From: Eubacteriales bacterium
GTDB taxonomy: Bacteria > Bacillota > Clostridia > Oscillospirales > CAG-272
Assembly: GCA_045585895.1 (NCBI GenBank)
Contig: JAZMZI010000051.1
Span: 12,696 to 76,695, forward strand
Length of the DNA stretch: 64,000 nt
Direction of reading: 5' to 3'
Shown here: in pieces, positions 25,589 through 36,308 of the stretch
Position numbering within the stretch: position 1 is the first letter of the stretch
Layout: each line of letters opens with the position of its first letter
The notes under the pieces: generated by a model
Databases searched by the model: none
Told to the model about the DNA's origin: nothing
What the model saw: the letters and a program-made list of their open reading frames with translations, nothing else
Program-made: the position numbers and the translations under genes

Positions 25589-26785
25589 ATGGGAATCAAT
25601 GAAAAAACACTGGCGCTTGGCTCCAAGCGCTCTATAATCAGAGAAATATTTGAATACAGCAAGACCCGCGCGGCGGAGATCGGCGCCGAAAACGTTTTCG
25701 ACTTCAGCCTCGGAAACCCCAGCGTTCCCGCCCCCGCTGAGGTCAATAACACCATAAAAGAGCTGCTTGACACCGAAAGCAGTCTGCTGCTTCACGGCTA
25801 CACCTCGGCACAGGGTGATGCTACCGTGCGCAAGGTGATAGCGGACAGCATTAAAGAGCGTTTCGTCGTGGATATCAGCCCCAATCTCATTTATATGACC
25901 TGCGGCGCGGCGGCTTCGCTTTCGATCTGCTTAAAGGCGGTCATTGCGGAAGGAATTGACGACGAGTGTATCGTATTCGCTCCCTTCTTCACCGAATACC
26001 GCGTATTTATCGAAAACGCGGGCGGAAAGGTAGTCGTAAGCAAGCCCCGCGAGGGAGATCTGCAAATAGACGTTGCCGATTTTGAGAGCCGCATTACCGA
26101 AAAAACCAAGTGCGTCATTATCAATTCGCCCAACAACCCCAGCGGCGTAGTCTACCCCGAGGAGACCGTAAAGGCAGTTTGCGAGATACTTGAAAAAAAA
26201 TCGGCTGAATACGGCAGAGATATCTACCTTATCGCCGACGAGCCTTACAGAGAGCTGGTTTACACCGAGGTCAAAGTTCCCTATCTTATGAGCTACTACA
26301 AGAATACCTTGGTCTGCTATTCCTATTCAAAATCGCTGTCTTTGCCCGGTGAGCGTATCGGATATATCGCGGTATGCCCCGAAATGAACGACGCTCAAAG
26401 CGTCTATCTTTCGGTATGCGGCGCGGGACGCTCTCTCGGCTACGTATGCGCCCCCAGCCTCTTCCAGCAGGTTATAGCGAAATGTCAGGGCGCTAAAGTG
26501 GATATCGAGGTCTACCGCGAGAACCGCGATCTGCTCTACAACAGTCTTACCGAATACGGCTACGATTGCGTCAAGCCCGACGGAGCCTTCTACCTCTTCG
26601 TCAAGGCGCTTGAGGACGATGCTTACGCATTCTACGAGAAGGCAAAGGCGCACGAGATCCTCGTCGTTCCCTGCGACGACTTCGGCATTTCGGGCTACGT
26701 CAGGATCGCGTATTGCGTCGATAAAGCAAGAGTCGAGAACGCCCTCCCCGCGTTCAAGAAGCTGGCGGAGGAATACGGCAAATAA
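25589..26785 (+). CDS. class I/II PLP-dependent aminotransferase
   Basis: NPSGVVY, YSYSKSLSLPGERIGY (PLP lysine region). Confidence 0.85.
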   Translation: MGINEKTLALGSKRSIIREIFEYSKTRAAEIGAENVFDFSLGNPSVPAPAEVNNTIKELLDTESSLLLHGYTSAQGDATVRKVIADSIKERFVVDISPNLIYMTCGAAASLSICLKAVIAEGIDDECIVFAPFFTEYRVFIENAGGKVVVSKPREGDLQIDVADFESRITEKTKCVIINSPNNPSGVVYPEETVKAVCEILEKKSAEYGRDIYLIADEPYRELVYTEVKVPYLMSYYKNTLVCYSYSKSLSLPGERIGYIAVCPEMNDAQSVYLSVCGAGRSLGYVCAPSLFQQVIAKCQGAKVDIEVYRENRDLLYNSLTEYGYDCVKPDGAFYLFVKALEDDAYAFYEKAKAHEILVVPCDDFGISGYVRIAYCVDKARVENALPAFKKLAEEYGK

Positions 26786-26797
26786 GATATGAAAAAA

Positions 26798-26820
26798 AGC
26801 GGCGAATTCGCCGCTTTTTT
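26798..26820 (+). terminator. operon terminator
   Basis: AGCGGCGAATTCGCCGCT followed by TTTTTT. Confidence 0.8.
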
Positions 26821-27039
26821 CATTATCTTATTCGCTATATCTGCCGGTTTCACTCCAACATTTATTATAGAACCTTATAGAATCATTTTTCATTATTTAC
26901 ATCTTTACGTTATCGTTATCGGTGTTGCTATTATTTGATATAATAATATGATTGACCTTGGTTTTTTGTTACGGCCGCACTTAGCGAACACAATTTGTTA
27001 ACGCTATGAAGCAGTGCCTTCTTCTATAAAGACGTTTAA

Positions 27040-27426
27040 TTAAAATTCCTCGTCAGCCGCTACTGCGTATGTAGCTGCGTCTACGTTTCTGTTGTAGTTA
27101 TCGCAAATAACGATACAGTTGTAAACAGGAACGAACATAAGGATGAAGAGAACGAATGCATTCTTTGCGGGCTTGGTCGAGATACCGTTTGCGTTTGCGA
27201 TCTTGATCTGCTGAGAGTGGAACTTAATAGCCCAAACCAGCCAAAGGATTCCGCAGGTAACGAAACCGAGAAGGAGCGCGGGGATAAATCCGATGATCTT
27301 CTTTTCGCCGCAAGCTTCTGCGATCTTATTGCTGTTTTTGGACATTCTTGCAAGGGCAACGAGAGCATAAATTCCGCAGGTTATAAAGGGGAAAATCAAA
27401 AGTGCCCACCATTTTACTTTTTTCAT
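27040..27426 (-). CDS. small membrane protein (DUF4234-like)
   Basis: Four hydrophobic helices; weak recollection of the family. Confidence 0.4.
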   Translation of the reverse strand: MKKVKWWALLIFPFITCGIYALVALARMSKNSNKIAEACGEKKIIGFIPALLLGFVTCGILWLVWAIKFHSQQIKIANANGISTKPAKNAFVLFILMFVPVYNCIVICDNYNRNVDAATYAVAADEEF

Positions 27427-27532
27427 GACAAAACTCCTTTTAAAATATTAATAATAATTTAGGAAATTACTAAATTACGTTAATTCATTATACAATACAT
27501 TTCGACAAATGTCAATACTTTTTCTGACTTTT

Positions 27533-28465
27533 TTATTTTTCAGATAAATAATTCAAAATATCGTTTTTTACCTCGTCATAGGTGAAATCGTTAAGTATTT
27601 CATGGCGAGCGCCCTTATAAAGTATAGCTTTTACGTTATGACCGCGTTTTTTCAGTTTACTTTCTACCTCTCGGATTCCCTTTCCGTAGTTGCCAACGGG
27701 GTCGTCCTCTCCCGCAACCAAGAGGATCGGGATACGGGGCATATTTTTAAACCACGCGCCGCGGTTGCAGTATTTAAGAAGGCGCATAAGGTCGCCCATT
27801 GCGCTGACGGTAAATTTGAAGGTACAATACTCGTCGCTTATATAATTGTTGCGTATGGTCTGATCGGTGGTCAGCCAAGAGCGAGGATTGGCATCGGCGT
27901 CGTTTTTGAATTTGTTATTGTAAGAGCCGAAGGCAAGAGAATACACGAACTCGGAAATATGTCTCTCTCCCTTGAAAAGCTTTATCAGCGAAATAAGGGC
28001 TATTCCAAAGGGCGCGGCGGGATTTCCCCCTCCCGTACCCATAACTATCAGCTTATCGGGACGGGCGTATTTCTCCGTGGCAAGACGGACGATAAACGAA
28101 CCCATGCTGTGTCCCATAAGATAATAAGGAAGTTTATTTTCGGAGTCGTATTCCGATCTTACCGCGTCGGAAAAGACCTTTATATCGCGGCAAAGCAGAT
28201 CGTAGCCCTTTTTTGAAGCAATAAAACCCAGCTCGCTTTTATCGTTTACCGTCTTTCCGTGACCCAAATGATCGTAACCGAAGCAGATATATCCCGCCTT
28301 TGCAAGATCGCTCATTATCCTATCGTATCTTGCGATATACTCCGTCATTCCGTGGGCGATATGAAAGAATCCCTTTGCCTCTCCGTCGGGAATATAGACG
28401 ACACCCGAAAGCTTATGTATGCCGTCGCTTGATAAAACCTTATAATCTCTCTTGGTATAAGACAT
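27533..28465 (-). CDS. alpha/beta hydrolase, lysophospholipase/monoacylglycerol-lipase-like
   Basis: HGMTEY, GHSMGS nucleophile elbow. It starts 1 nt after the glpK stop. Confidence 0.7.
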   Translation of the reverse strand: MSYTKRDYKVLSSDGIHKLSGVVYIPDGEAKGFFHIAHGMTEYIARYDRIMSDLAKAGYICFGYDHLGHGKTVNDKSELGFIASKKGYDLLCRDIKVFSDAVRSEYDSENKLPYYLMGHSMGSFIVRLATEKYARPDKLIVMGTGGGNPAAPFGIALISLIKLFKGERHISEFVYSLAFGSYNNKFKNDADANPRSWLTTDQTIRNNYISDEYCTFKFTVSAMGDLMRLLKYCNRGAWFKNMPRIPILLVAGEDDPVGNYGKGIREVESKLKKRGHNVKAILYKGARHEILNDFTYDEVKNDILNYLSEK

Positions 28466-28466
28466 A

Positions 28467-29975
28467 TTATTCCTCTTCCTCCGTAAATATTCTGCAAGCT
28501 TTTACCGCTCTGCGCCAACCGCTCTGCGCCTTTACTCTCTCGTCTTCGGCTATTTCGGGAAGGAATATCTTACCGGTTCCCGAAAGCCTCGACAGCTCTT
28601 CTCTGCTTTCAAAAAATCCTACGGCGAGACCCGCAAGATACGCCGCACCCGCCGCAGTCGCTTCGGGATTTAATGCGCGTGAGACTTCTATACCGGAAAT
28701 ATCGCTCTGCATCTGCATAAGCAGATCGTTAGCCGATGCGCCGCCATCAACGCGCAAAGAAGATATTCCGCCGCCGACTGTTGCCTGCATATCGGAGTTC
28801 ATAGCCGAGATCACATCCTCGGTCTGATACGCTATCGACTCAAGCGCCGCGCGTATAACGTGATTCTTTCCGACACCGCCCGTAAGACCGACGATAGTTC
28901 CTCTCGCCCTCATATCCCAATAAGGCGCTCCGAGACCCGCAAATGCGGGAACGAGGTAAACGCCGCCGCTGTTTTCCACCTTGCGTGCAAAATATTCACT
29001 GTCGCGGGAGTCGTGTATCAGCTTCATTTCGTCACGAAGCCAACGGACGATAGCGCCGCCTACGAAAACGCTTCCCTCAAGAGCGTATTCAATAGGTCTG
29101 CCCTCCTCCCCCGCGGCAATAGTGGTAAGCAGACCGCTCTTACTCTCGATAGCCTTGTAACCCGTATGAGAAAGCAAGAAACATCCCGTACCGTAAGTAT
29201 TCTTCGCTTGACCTGCCTCAAAACAGCATTGACCGAAAAGCGCCGCCTGCTGGTCACCCGCAACGCCCGAAATCGGGAGAGTCGCGCCCATACATTCAAA
29301 GCTGCCGTAGATCTCACTGCTGCTCTTTATCTCGGGCAGAATATTTTTGGGGATCGAGAGCATTTCAAGCATCCTCTCATCCCATTTTCCTGTGTGGATG
29401 TTGCAAAGCATAGTTCTTGACGCGTTTGTTCTGTCGGTAACGAAAACTCTTCCTTCGGTCAGCTTCCAGATAAGCCACGTATCGACCGTTCCTACCAAAA
29501 GCTCTCCGCTCTCGGCAAGCGCTCTTGCACCGTCAACGTTATCAAGGATCCATTTTATCTTCGTACCGCTGAAATAAGGGTCGATGCGAAGTCCCGTAGT
29601 TGCCTTGATATAGTCACCGACACCCATTTCTTCAAGCTCTCTGCAAATATCCGCGGTTCTGCGGCACTGCCAAACTATGGCGCGCGTGATAGGCTTGCCC
29701 GTGGTCTTGTTCCACGCAACCACGGTCTCACGCTGATTGGTAATGCCAACCGCCGCTATCTCCTCGGGGTCAATACCACTCTTGGCAATACACTCGGTAA
29801 GCGCCGCGTACTGATTGGCGTATATCTCCATAGGCTCCTGCTCGACCCAACCCGCATGGGGGTAATACTGGGGAAACTCGTGCTGAGCCATCGAAACGAT
29901 ATTTGAATTTTTGTCAAAAAGTATCGCTCTTGCGCTGGTAGTTCCCTCGTCAAGGGCAAGAATGTATTTTTTCAT
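28467..29975 (-). CDS. glpK: glycerol kinase
   Basis: [18 protein letters not shown]...GWVEQEP...WQCRRT...; 502 aa. Confidence 0.95.
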   Translation of the reverse strand: MKKYILALDEGTTSARAILFDKNSNIVSMAQHEFPQYYPHAGWVEQEPMEIYANQYAALTECIAKSGIDPEEIAAVGITNQRETVVAWNKTTGKPITRAIVWQCRRTADICRELEEMGVGDYIKATTGLRIDPYFSGTKIKWILDNVDGARALAESGELLVGTVDTWLIWKLTEGRVFVTDRTNASRTMLCNIHTGKWDERMLEMLSIPKNILPEIKSSSEIYGSFECMGATLPISGVAGDQQAALFGQCCFEAGQAKNTYGTGCFLLSHTGYKAIESKSGLLTTIAAGEEGRPIEYALEGSVFVGGAIVRWLRDEMKLIHDSRDSEYFARKVENSGGVYLVPAFAGLGAPYWDMRARGTIVGLTGGVGKNHVIRAALESIAYQTEDVISAMNSDMQATVGGGISSLRVDGGASANDLLMQMQSDISGIEVSRALNPEATAAGAAYLAGLAVGFFESREELSRLSGTGKIFLPEIAEDERVKAQSGWRRAVKACRIFTEEEE

Positions 29976-29996
29976 ATCATGTTTACCTTTCGATAA

Positions 29997-30572
29997 TTAA
30001 ATTAATCCGTAAAAGACCATTCCAAGCACCGCGGAGAAAATAATCAAAAGTATTGGCGAGATCTTCTTTTTTATCACATTTTTTGTAAATAACGAGCCTC
30101 CTGCGAGGATTGCGAAAATAGCAATACCGCGAAGGTCGGGCGCAAAACCGCCGCTAACCGTCGTCAGGCTAAAAAGGGTCTTCATAAGCATTATAGCGGC
30201 GGTTGCAAGGATAAGCGCTATAACGCAAGGACGAAGCCCACTCATAAAAGCCTTGACTCCCTTATATTTCATAAGATTTTTAAGCACCATCGCTATGATA
30301 AGAATAATTATAAACGACGGAAGTACCACGCCGAGAGTTGCGCACAACGCCCCAAAAACACCACCCTGATCACTGCCCACGAATGTCGCCATATTCACGG
30401 CGATAGGACCCGGTGTTGATTCGGCGACGGCTATCATATTAAGCAACTCTCCGTCACTGAGCCAACCCTTTTGTAGGCAAAGCTCGCGGATAAGGGATAT
30501 CATCCCGTAACCGCCTCCGAAGGAAAACGCTCCCACTTCAAGGAACGTAAGAAAAAGCTCTAAATAGATCAT
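29997..30572 (-). CDS. chromate transporter family protein (second half-size subunit)
   Basis: FGGGYGMISLI...AESTPGPIAVN. Overlaps the partner by 4 nt. Confidence 0.8.
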   Translation of the reverse strand: MIYLELFLTFLEVGAFSFGGGYGMISLIRELCLQKGWLSDGELLNMIAVAESTPGPIAVNMATFVGSDQGGVFGALCATLGVVLPSFIIILIIAMVLKNLMKYKGVKAFMSGLRPCVIALILATAAIMLMKTLFSLTTVSGGFAPDLRGIAIFAILAGGSLFTKNVIKKKISPILLIIFSAVLGMVFYGLI

Positions 30573-31150
30573 GCTCTGCCCTCCTTATTCTTCGCTCTGC
30601 CTACAAGGTAGAGGACAACTCCGAGAGTACCGCATATAAGTATATAGAACACCGTTGAAAAGTTCACGGCAAAGAGCGAAAACGCTATCATCAAAGCCGC
30701 TACCGCGCATATTACTGACACGTTGAAAGCCGTCTTTTTGATTCCCTTCAGCATCTTAAAGCCTGCCGAAAAAATGATGTAGATAACTCCCACCTGTATT
30801 CCCCTGAAGGCATATTCGACTATTTTAAATGACAAAAACGCGTCGAAGAAAAGCGAGATAAGATATATAACAACGAAAGACGGCAAACACATACCTGCTG
30901 TGGCAACGATTGCGCCGAAAAAGCCCCGGCGCTTGTAGCCTATATAGGTTGCGGCATTGATCGCAATAGGTCCCGGTGTGGACTCGGCTATTGCCGCAAG
31001 GTCTAAAAACTCGTCCTTTTCAAGCCAAGAGCGTTTGCCGACGAACTCGTTTTCAAGCAGAGCTATCATAGCGTAGCCGCCGCCGAACGTAAATGCGCCT
31101 ATCTTCATCATCGTGAGGAAGATAGATAAAAGCTCTTTAAAATTTTTCAT
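30569..31150 (-). CDS. chromate transporter family protein (first half-size subunit)
   Basis: FGGGYAMIALL...AESTPGPIAIN. Confidence 0.8.
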   Translation of the reverse strand: MKNFKELLSIFLTMMKIGAFTFGGGYAMIALLENEFVGKRSWLEKDEFLDLAAIAESTPGPIAINAATYIGYKRRGFFGAIVATAGMCLPSFVVIYLISLFFDAFLSFKIVEYAFRGIQVGVIYIIFSAGFKMLKGIKKTAFNVSVICAVAALMIAFSLFAVNFSTVFYILICGTLGVVLYLVGRAKNKEGRA

Positions 31151-31701
31151 TATTTTACCATTCCGTAGCCGCCCGCATACTTGCTGACCTCGCTGGCAAC
31201 TACGAAAACCTTATTATCACACACCGATCTGATTGCTTTCAGGGTTTTGGGCGTCTCGCGGCGGGAGAGCACGATAAATATCATATTCATTTTGTCCTTG
31301 GAGCCGTGGCCTTCAAATACGGTGTAGCCCATATTGTTTTCTTTAAGATACGCGGTGATCTTCGCGGTACTATCGTCGTTTGCTATAAGCTCGAGATTAG
31401 AGGTGCCGAGGGCTATCTTATTTTCAATGGTAGAACCGAGGAAAAGACCCGTCGCGTATCCGATACAGTAGAATACGAGCAAAAGCAGATCGTTTCCGAG
31501 AGTTCCGATGAGCGTGGATATAACAAGACCCCAGATAGTACACTCGATAAATCCGAGTCCCGCCGCTTTAAGTCTCTGACCCTTGACCATCATACAAGTT
31601 TTAAGTGATTGAATAGTTATCTCAACGATCTTCGCCGCGCATACGAGAAGGCAGACGAGGATAGGGCTTATTGCCCTTAAAGCATCTAAAAATTCGGTCA
31701 T
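31150..31701 (-). CDS. UPF0316 / DUF2179 membrane protein
   Basis: Three N-terminal TM helices followed by a soluble DUF2179-like C-terminus. Confidence 0.55.
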   Translation of the reverse strand: MTEFLDALRAISPILVCLLVCAAKIVEITIQSLKTCMMVKGQRLKAAGLGFIECTIWGLVISTLIGTLGNDLLLLVFYCIGYATGLFLGSTIENKIALGTSNLELIANDDSTAKITAYLKENNMGYTVFEGHGSKDKMNMIFIVLSRRETPKTLKAIRSVCDNKVFVVASEVSKYAGGYGMVK

Positions 31702-31835
31702 TTTAAATCTCCTTTTTACTATTTACATTTTATTTTAACATATTTGAAGCAAAAAATCAATATCTGCGCCTCTATTATTGACACAAAAATCTTTTTATGA
31801 TAAAATAAAGTATATCCTTTTGAAAGGAGCAAAAT

Positions 31836-33050
31836 ATGAGTCTTAACTACGAATCGCTTTCCGCGGAGATTACCGCAAGAATACAAAACGATATAGTAAA
31901 CGGCACGAGACCTTCTTTCGGCTTTCGTGAGGAGAGAGTTATACGAAGGACCCCCTCGGACAAGGATAATGCAAACGTCTGGCGTACGGCTTTCGTCCGT
32001 GATATCGACAAAATACTGCACTGCCCGTATTACAACCGTTACGCAGATAAAACGCAGGTATTTTCCTTTTACCGCAACGATGATATTACAAGACGGGCGC
32101 TTCACGTTCAGCTCGTATCCAGAATTGCGAGAACTATCGGAAAATCCCTCAATCTCAATCTCGACCTTATCGAGGCGATAGCGCTTGGACACGATATCGG
32201 ACACACTCCCTTCGGCCATGCGGGAGAAAAATATCTTGACGAGATCTACTTTGCCCACACGGGAAGGCATTTTTCTCACAATATTCACTCGGTAAGAGTG
32301 CTTGACGGAATTTATCCCTACAACGTAAGCCTTCAGACCCTTTCGGGCATCGCCAGCCACGACGGTGAGCTTGAGCTCGCCGAGTATTATCCCAAGGAGT
32401 TGACCTCGTTCGAGGAATTCGACTCTCTTATCGAGGGCTGTTATACAGACAAAGCAAACGTGCGCCGTCTCGTCCCCTCCACCCTTGAGGGCTGCGTTAT
32501 GCGAATCTCCGACATAATTGCATATCTCGGCAAGGACCGTCAGGATGCTATGCGCGCGAAGATGATAGACTCCGAGGATTTCGAGGGTGGAGAGATAGGC
32601 AGTAAGAACGCCGAGATAATCAATAATCTCGTGGTCAACATTATTGAAAACAGCTACGGCAAGCCCTATATAAAGCTTGACGAAAAGCATTTTAATGCTC
32701 TCTCAGCTCTTAAGCAGGAGAATTACAGTAAGATATATCTCTCCGACACGGTCAAAAAGGAGTTTGACGCGAAGATAAAGCCTATGATGGTGGAGCTATA
32801 CGAAAAGCTGCTGTCCGACCTTAATTCGGGTATCAAGGATTCGCCCGTATTTACCCAACATATCGATTACGTCAACGAAGCGCATTACACGCGAAAGATC
32901 CCGTATGAGGAGACCGAGCCAAATCAGATCGTGGTTGATTACATAGCGAGCATGACCGACGATTACTTCATCGACCTCCACAGCTATCTCTTTCCCGACA
33001 GTGAACACAAGATAGAGTATCACGGTTATTTTGACGGCTACGGTAAATAA
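31836..33050 (+). CDS. HD-domain dNTP (dGTP) triphosphohydrolase-like protein
   Basis: RTRALHVQLV-type helix, then LGHDIGHTPFGHAGE. Confidence 0.75.
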   Translation: MSLNYESLSAEITARIQNDIVNGTRPSFGFREERVIRRTPSDKDNANVWRTAFVRDIDKILHCPYYNRYADKTQVFSFYRNDDITRRALHVQLVSRIARTIGKSLNLNLDLIEAIALGHDIGHTPFGHAGEKYLDEIYFAHTGRHFSHNIHSVRVLDGIYPYNVSLQTLSGIASHDGELELAEYYPKELTSFEEFDSLIEGCYTDKANVRRLVPSTLEGCVMRISDIIAYLGKDRQDAMRAKMIDSEDFEGGEIGSKNAEIINNLVVNIIENSYGKPYIKLDEKHFNALSALKQENYSKIYLSDTVKKEFDAKIKPMMVELYEKLLSDLNSGIKDSPVFTQHIDYVNEAHYTRKIPYEETEPNQIVVDYIASMTDDYFIDLHSYLFPDSEHKIEYHGYFDGYGK

Positions 33051-33059
33051 GAATTAAAA

Positions 33060-34283
33060 ATGGAGAATACAAAAATGAATATTACAGAAAGATTTTTGAA
33101 ATACGTTTCCTTCCCCACAATGTCTGATGAAAGCAGCGAGACCTGCCCATCAAGCGAAAAACAGTTGGCTCTCAGCCGCTACCTTGCAGATGAGTTGACA
33201 GCGCTCGGCATTTCAGACGTAGAGCTTGATGAAAACGGCTATCTTTACGCAACTCTTCCCGCAAACTGCGATTGCAAAACGACGATCGGTCTTATCGCTC
33301 ACGTCGACACCTCCGACGCCTGCGCCGACGAGCCTATAAAGGCAAAAATCGTTAAATATGAGGGCGGCGCGGTATGCCTCAACGAGGAAAAGGGCATATT
33401 CCTCTCCCCCGAGGAATATCCCTCAATGAACAAATATATTGGCGATCATCTTATCGTCACCGACGGCACGACCCTGCTTGGAGCCGACGATAAGGCGGGC
33501 GTTTGCGCTATCATATCTGCCGTTGAAAGAATAATCAACAGCGGTGCGAAGCACGGTACCGTTAAAATAGGCTTTACCCCCGACGAGGAGATCGGTCGCG
33601 GCGCAGACCTTTTCGACGTTGAGAAATTCGGTGCGGATTATGCTTACACAGTCGACGGCGGCGCACTCGGTGAGCTTGAATACGAAAATTTCAACGCGGC
33701 GGGCGCGAAGGCAGAGTTTTTCGGAGTATCCATTCACCCAGGAAGCGCAAAAGACAAAATGAAGAATGCCCAGCTTATGGCTATGGACTTCAATGCTCTC
33801 CTGCCTGCCGACGAGATCCCCGCAAAGACCGAGGGCTACGAGGGATTCTTCCACCTCTGCGATATGAAGGGCGATTGCGAAAACGCAGAGCTTTTCTACA
33901 TCATACGCGACCACGACAGAGCGAAATTTGAAGAAAAAAAGGCAATATTCGCATCTGTTTGCGATAAGATCAACGAAAAATACGGCAAGGGCTCCTGCGC
34001 CGTTACCGTCAAGGACTCCTACTACAATATGAAGGAGATCATCGACGAAAATATGTTCACCATAGACCGCGCTATCGCGGCTATGAAGACGGGTGGGGTT
34101 GAACCCGAGATCGTGCCTATCAGAGGCGGCACGGACGGTGCGCGTCTCTCCTTTATGGGTCTCCCCTGCCCAAATATCTGCACAGGCGGTGAGAATTTCC
34201 ATTCAAGATTTGAATATCTCCCCGTGGAATCTCTCGAAAAGGTCGTTGACATCGTTGAGAGAATTATTCTTGACCTTGTTTGA
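33060..34283 (+). CDS. pepT: peptidase T (tripeptide aminopeptidase)
   Basis: ERFLKYVSF.T.SDE..., GLIAHVDTS, DDKAG, PDEEIG. Confidence 0.9.
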   Translation: MENTKMNITERFLKYVSFPTMSDESSETCPSSEKQLALSRYLADELTALGISDVELDENGYLYATLPANCDCKTTIGLIAHVDTSDACADEPIKAKIVKYEGGAVCLNEEKGIFLSPEEYPSMNKYIGDHLIVTDGTTLLGADDKAGVCAIISAVERIINSGAKHGTVKIGFTPDEEIGRGADLFDVEKFGADYAYTVDGGALGELEYENFNAAGAKAEFFGVSIHPGSAKDKMKNAQLMAMDFNALLPADEIPAKTEGYEGFFHLCDMKGDCENAELFYIIRDHDRAKFEEKKAIFASVCDKINEKYGKGSCAVTVKDSYYNMKEIIDENMFTIDRAIAAMKTGGVEPEIVPIRGGTDGARLSFMGLPCPNICTGGENFHSRFEYLPVESLEKVVDIVERIILDLV

Positions 34284-34331
34284 TAAATTGCAGTTTAGCG
34301 GTGCGTTTAAGATAAACATTGTCGTAGAGCC

Positions 34332-34769
34332 GTGTTCGGAAAAGAACCAATGGCAATTCATCACCGCGTTTTCGGTGAAGCGATTGCCAAAATGATACTC
34401 TCACTCAATTCAAAATCAGATTATAACGAGCAACGCTCCCGTGACGAGGGATGGGTCATAAAGGCAAAAGACTACATTGCTGCCAATTATCATAGACGAC
34501 TTAAGGTTGAACATATCGCAGAAGCGTTGCACATCGATCGCCAATATCTGCGAAATCTCTTCGTAAAGTACGAGGGTGTTCCCACTAAGGAGTATCTGGA
34601 CGGTTACAGAATGGCAAAAGCCGCAGAGCTTCTGAATTTGGAGGGTGCAAACGTGTATATCGTTTCTCTATCGGTAGGATATTCCGACGCTCTTGCATTT
34701 TCAAAAGCCTTTAAAAAGTATTACGATATGGCGCCAAGTATATATGCCAAGCAGCAACGGGATCAGTAA
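34332..34769 (+). CDS. AraC-family HTH protein (DNA-binding domain only)
   Basis: AEALHIDRQYLRNLFVK...VGYSDALAFSKAFKKYYDMAPS. There is no sensor domain, so it may be truncated. Confidence 0.7.
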   Translation: MFGKEPMAIHHRVFGEAIAKMILSLNSKSDYNEQRSRDEGWVIKAKDYIAANYHRRLKVEHIAEALHIDRQYLRNLFVKYEGVPTKEYLDGYRMAKAAELLNLEGANVYIVSLSVGYSDALAFSKAFKKYYDMAPSIYAKQQRDQ

Positions 34770-34775
34770 TATATC

Positions 34776-34810
34776 AAACAAGGACGCTCTGTTGAGCGTC
34801 CTTGTTTGAT
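34776..34810. terminator. bidirectional terminator between convergent genes
   Basis: CAAACAAGGACGCTC-TGTT-GAGCGTCCTTGTTTG. Confidence 0.75.
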
Positions 34811-34811
34811 T

Positions 34812-36284
34812 TTAATATGAGTGTGCGTCCCAAGTATAGCCGCCCAAGCCCAAGAAGCCTCGGTCAAGCTCAAAATATCCGTCGCTGCACTTGACAGTAG
34901 AACCGTCTTTAAGTCCGTTATGCCAATCGCTGTTCTTTTCTATAGCCTGCCATTCCGCCATCGTGCCGTTAAACTCGATGGTCAAAACCTTCTTATCTGA
35001 ACCGCTGTTACGTGAAAATACGTTCTTATCAATATATTCGATCGTACTCGGAAGCTTAACTTTATCGAGGTCCGACGTGTATGCCAGAGCATTGTGGTTT
35101 ATCCTCTTGACGCCTTCTCCGATCTCGATAGTATTAACGCCTGCTCCGTAGTCAAAGTTGTTCGCGTTGAGATACAACTTATTTACGACTGCAACGTCAA
35201 GACCGTTAATGCGTCCGGGGATAATCGTGGGGTCATCCAGCTTATCAACTGCATCTACCTGATAATAATCGGTAATTCCGTCTCCGTCTCCGTCTACGGG
35301 GGTCAACTTCAGGTTTCCTGTATAAGTGTAGACCGCTCTTACGGTGATATTTCCATTGGCGTTTGAAATATCATAATCTGTCCACGAAACGCTCATATCT
35401 TTGTCCGCATTTGACTGCAGTTCGGCAAGCTTGGCGTCGATTATCGCCTGTCCTTCAGGCGATAGCTTCGTTGAGGAATCGGTAAAGCTTTCCTCGTAGA
35501 TAACGTTTCCTTTATTATCTACGAAAATTATAAGATATACGTTATCCCACTTTGCAGACAAGGTATAGCTATTGGTATTACCCGCAGGATAACTGTAAAC
35601 CACGTCTGCATTGGCATTTACCCAGTTTGCAAATACCAAGTCTCCTTTATCGGGTCCTTCTTCTCTTACCTCATACTCAATACTGTTATCGAAAATACAA
35701 TCAATGGCATATATGTCGTTATCGGACATATAAGTCACAGAATATATTACAGGCTTAAAGCTGAAATTAACCAATATCTCGGCTGTGGACACGTTGGCGT
35801 TAAGGGTGTAGGTGGCATAGAAAACGATCTCCTCGTCCGGCGCTACCGGTATGCCCTCAACACTGTTATACGTCTTTCTATCCATCAAAGGCTTCTTGTT
35901 CTCTTCATCCAAGGAAGCAGAGATAGTCAGCTTATCCGACACGTCGGTATATACGTCACTTATCTGCGTTCCGGTATATACGTAAGTCGTAGTCTTGGAA
36001 TAATTGTGAGCAGTTATCTTATAGACTATAGTTTGCCCTGCGCTGCCGGAAATGGTTGACTGTACGTTCGTAAGCGGAACGTCTTTATGCGTTTCCGAGC
36101 TTACGTTGCTTGACAAAGTCTTTACTTCGGTAATAACGATTTCATCATACTGTGGCGGTATTATCTCCGCGCTTCCCGAAATGACGAGGTTTTCGCTTAT
36201 CGCGGCATAGCCAATAGAGGTGAAAAGACACATAAAGGAGAGTGCCACTCCACCTAAGATCTTACCCAAAGGTCTCATAGGCAC
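34812..36284 (-). CDS. secreted/anchored 490-aa protein with SipW-type-like N-terminus and C-terminal BspA-like leucine-rich repeats
   Basis: N-terminus ...CLFTSIGYAAISENLVISGSA shares the IGYAA..LVI.G motif with the 169-aa protein. The C-terminus IEIGEGVKRINHNALAYTSDLDKVKLPSTIEYIDKNVF is LRR_5-like. Confidence 0.55.
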   Translation of the reverse strand: MPMRPLGKILGGVALSFMCLFTSIGYAAISENLVISGSAEIIPPQYDEIVITEVKTLSSNVSSETHKDVPLTNVQSTISGSAGQTIVYKITAHNYSKTTTYVYTGTQISDVYTDVSDKLTISASLDEENKKPLMDRKTYNSVEGIPVAPDEEIVFYATYTLNANVSTAEILVNFSFKPVIYSVTYMSDNDIYAIDCIFDNSIEYEVREEGPDKGDLVFANWVNANADVVYSYPAGNTNSYTLSAKWDNVYLIIFVDNKGNVIYEESFTDSSTKLSPEGQAIIDAKLAELQSNADKDMSVSWTDYDISNANGNITVRAVYTYTGNLKLTPVDGDGDGITDYYQVDAVDKLDDPTIIPGRINGLDVAVVNKLYLNANNFDYGAGVNTIEIGEGVKRINHNALAYTSDLDKVKLPSTIEYIDKNVFSRNSGSDKKVLTIEFNGTMAEWQAIEKNSDWHNGLKDGSTVKCSDGYFELDRGFLGLGGYTWDAHSY

Positions 36285-36308
36285 TCTCCTTTCTCGAAAT
36301 TTTGCTAA

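Noticed and set aside
31836-33050. dGTPase-like HD protein as an anti-phage dNTP-depletion system
   Set aside because: It is a single gene embedded among housekeeping genes (pepT, UPF0316, chrA) with core-like composition. Most bacteria carry such a housekeeping Dgt paralogue, and nothing in the sequence distinguishes it.
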